The notes under the pieces: generated by a model
Database searches by the model: none
Told to the model about the DNA's origin: nothing
The model's input: the letters and a program-made list of their open reading frames with translations, nothing else
Position numbers and translations under genes: made by a program
Shown: piece after piece, positions 62,608-64,000 of the stretch
Numbering within the stretch: position 1 is the first letter of the stretch
How the letters are laid out: the number at the start of each line of letters is the position of its first letter
Source: an uncultured Chloroflexia bacterium
Lineage (GTDB): Bacteria; Chloroflexota; Anaerolineae; CG2-30-64-16
DNA: 64,000 nt
NCBI GenBank assembly: GCA_963774265.1
Contig: CAVZDU010000010.1
Coordinates: forward strand, 32,001-96,000
Direction: 5' to 3'

Positions 62608-63919
62608 CCTGAGCCGCGACCTCTCGCATGATGCTTACAGGCGCGCGACCCAACGTGTAGATCTGTTCCCACGCGGTTGCAGTGAGGCGACGTGCTTCGT
62701 CCTGGTTCTCGAAGATTTCCGGCGTCACGGAATAACCCTTGATGTGTCCTTCAGCAAACGAGGCCAGATCCATCTCCTGGGTCTGGGTGGGGTATTGCTC
62801 GCGCGCGATGGCAATCCACTCCTCCACGAGGCTCGCGCGCGCCGGCTGGAGCAGGTGCGCCTGGGCCATGGCACGGCCGTAGCGCGGGCTGATTAAGAAC
62901 TTCATGAACTCCCAGGCCGCTTCCGGGTACTGCGTGCCTTTGTAGATCCCAAAGCCATCCGTGGTTGACATGGTGACGCGACGTGCGGGAGCGGCCGGAA
63001 AGCGAGTAACACCCATCCGAAACTTGGCGCCCTCGAGGATTGCCTTCAGTGACCACGAACCATCCTCCACCATGGCCAGCCGTTCCTGCAAAAACGCTTC
63101 GGTGACGCTGAGATTCTGAACATCCAGGCGGCTGGCCATCGCGTGGTCCCCCCACATGCGGTCGCGCAACCATTGCATCGCGTCGAGTGCCTCGGAACTA
63201 CCCATCAGGCATTTGGTGGGCTCGGCCGGATCGACGAAATGGCCACCCCAGCCGTTGACGTGTACCTGGATACGATCCCAACTGACGTCGAACATGCTGC
63301 CCCACACGGAGTCTGCCTCATCCTGTGGACGCTGCCTGGAGAAGGATCGCATGGCGGTCTGATAATCATCATAGGTCCAGGTAGAGTCGGGGTAGGTGAC
63401 GCCGTACTTGTCGAACAGATCTTTATTGTAGTACAGGGCCAGCGCGCCGTGATACTTGGGCAAGCCAAACTGCGCGCCGTTGCGCAACTGCAGCGCCCGG
63501 TATTGTGCAACGTCCCAGTCCTGCCGGTCTTCCCCTTTCAACTCAGCATCGATGTACGGCCGCAAGTCCATGAGGTAGCCCTTCTGGGCCCAGACCGGGA
63601 AGAAATCACAGCAGCCTGCAAACACGTCGGGTGCGCTCTGCGCCTGAAAGTCGGCCAGCATTTTTTCAGTCAGGTCGGGCGGATCAGGTGTGTAGAAGAC
63701 GTGGATATTTGGATGGGTCGCGTGGAATTCCTCCAGCATCTGCTGCGCCATCGCAGAAAAGTAGTCGGTGCGCCAATCCTGGTACACCAGCTGGACTGAG
63801 TCGCTGCCGTGCGGTCCGGGCCCTGACTTCGGCGCAGGACCACACGCACTCAGTGCCGCGCACCCGGCAAGGCTGCCTGCCACCCGCAAGAAGACCCGTC
63901 GCGAAATCCGTGATCCCAT
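62561..63919 (-). CDS. Sugar-type (family 1) extracellular solute-binding lipoprotein with twin-arginine signal
   Basis: SRRVFL Tat motif and LSAC lipobox, APDVF, LYYNKDLF, WTYDD, AMVEDGSW and AAWEFMKFL. Confidence 0.9.
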   Translation of the reverse strand: MGSRISRRVFLRVAGSLAGCAALSACGPAPKSGPGPHGSDSVQLVYQDWRTDYFSAMAQQMLEEFHATHPNIHVFYTPDPPDLTEKMLADFQAQSAPDVFAGCCDFFPVWAQKGYLMDLRPYIDAELKGEDRQDWDVAQYRALQLRNGAQFGLPKYHGALALYYNKDLFDKYGVTYPDSTWTYDDYQTAMRSFSRQRPQDEADSVWGSMFDVSWDRIQVHVNGWGGHFVDPAEPTKCLMGSSEALDAMQWLRDRMWGDHAMASRLDVQNLSVTEAFLQERLAMVEDGSWSLKAILEGAKFRMGVTRFPAAPARRVTMSTTDGFGIYKGTQYPEAAWEFMKFLISPRYGRAMAQAHLLQPARASLVEEWIAIAREQYPTQTQEMDLASFAEGHIKGYSVTPEIFENQDEARRLTATAWEQIYTLGRAPVSIMREVAAQVEAAQVGNAEESGGG

Positions 63920-64000
63920 ATGTGTCTCCCACTCGCCCCGCTTGTCGAGGCCGGGTTCTCCGTCTTTGAGCTTTGTCGTAAGTTTCTCGTTTGTGCGTCA

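Overview
A GC-rich bacterial window, probably from an anaerobic Chloroflexota (Anaerolineae-like) genome. That assignment is inferred from the gene repertoire, an Ala/Pro-rich lipoprotein linker and AGACC...GGTCT intergenic palindromes. The assembly looks imperfectly polished: about ten genes carry small indels, confined to two blocks (7.2-20.3 kb and 41.4-49.7 kb). From left to right: (1) a kdpFABC-D K+ pump operon with two extra small membrane ORFs. (2) A 22 kb co-directional cluster (7.2-29.3 kb) containing a purine-type amidohydrolase, nadC, nadA, GntR, MFS, two pyrrolysine-free MtmB-family methyltransferases each next to its own corrinoid protein, a BMP-type nucleoside/purine ABC transporter, a xanthine-dehydrogenase-family Mo/FeS/FAD enzyme, a RACo/RamA-type corrinoid activator and nadB. 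This is the most novel element and is best read as a candidate anaerobic B12-dependent N-demethylation pathway for methylated purines, nucleosides or pyridines. (3) Sugar and housekeeping genes: GH1, aldo-keto reductase, HADs, recJ, fmt, aroE and tRNA-Pro(GGG). (4) A PdtaS/PdtaR-like ANTAR two-component system. (5) A UroD/MtaA-like, uxaE, sulfatase, nagAB catabolic run. (6) gltX, MFS, a third UroD-like gene, a GTPase, a SagB-type nitroreductase and a GH94 cellobiose phosphorylase. (7) A signalling trio: Tat lipoprotein solute-binding protein, Cache-domain degenerate PP2C and a PDZ-multi-TM-GAF protein. No CRISPR array, transposase or prophage was seen. All calls come from reading motifs by eye; no database search was run.
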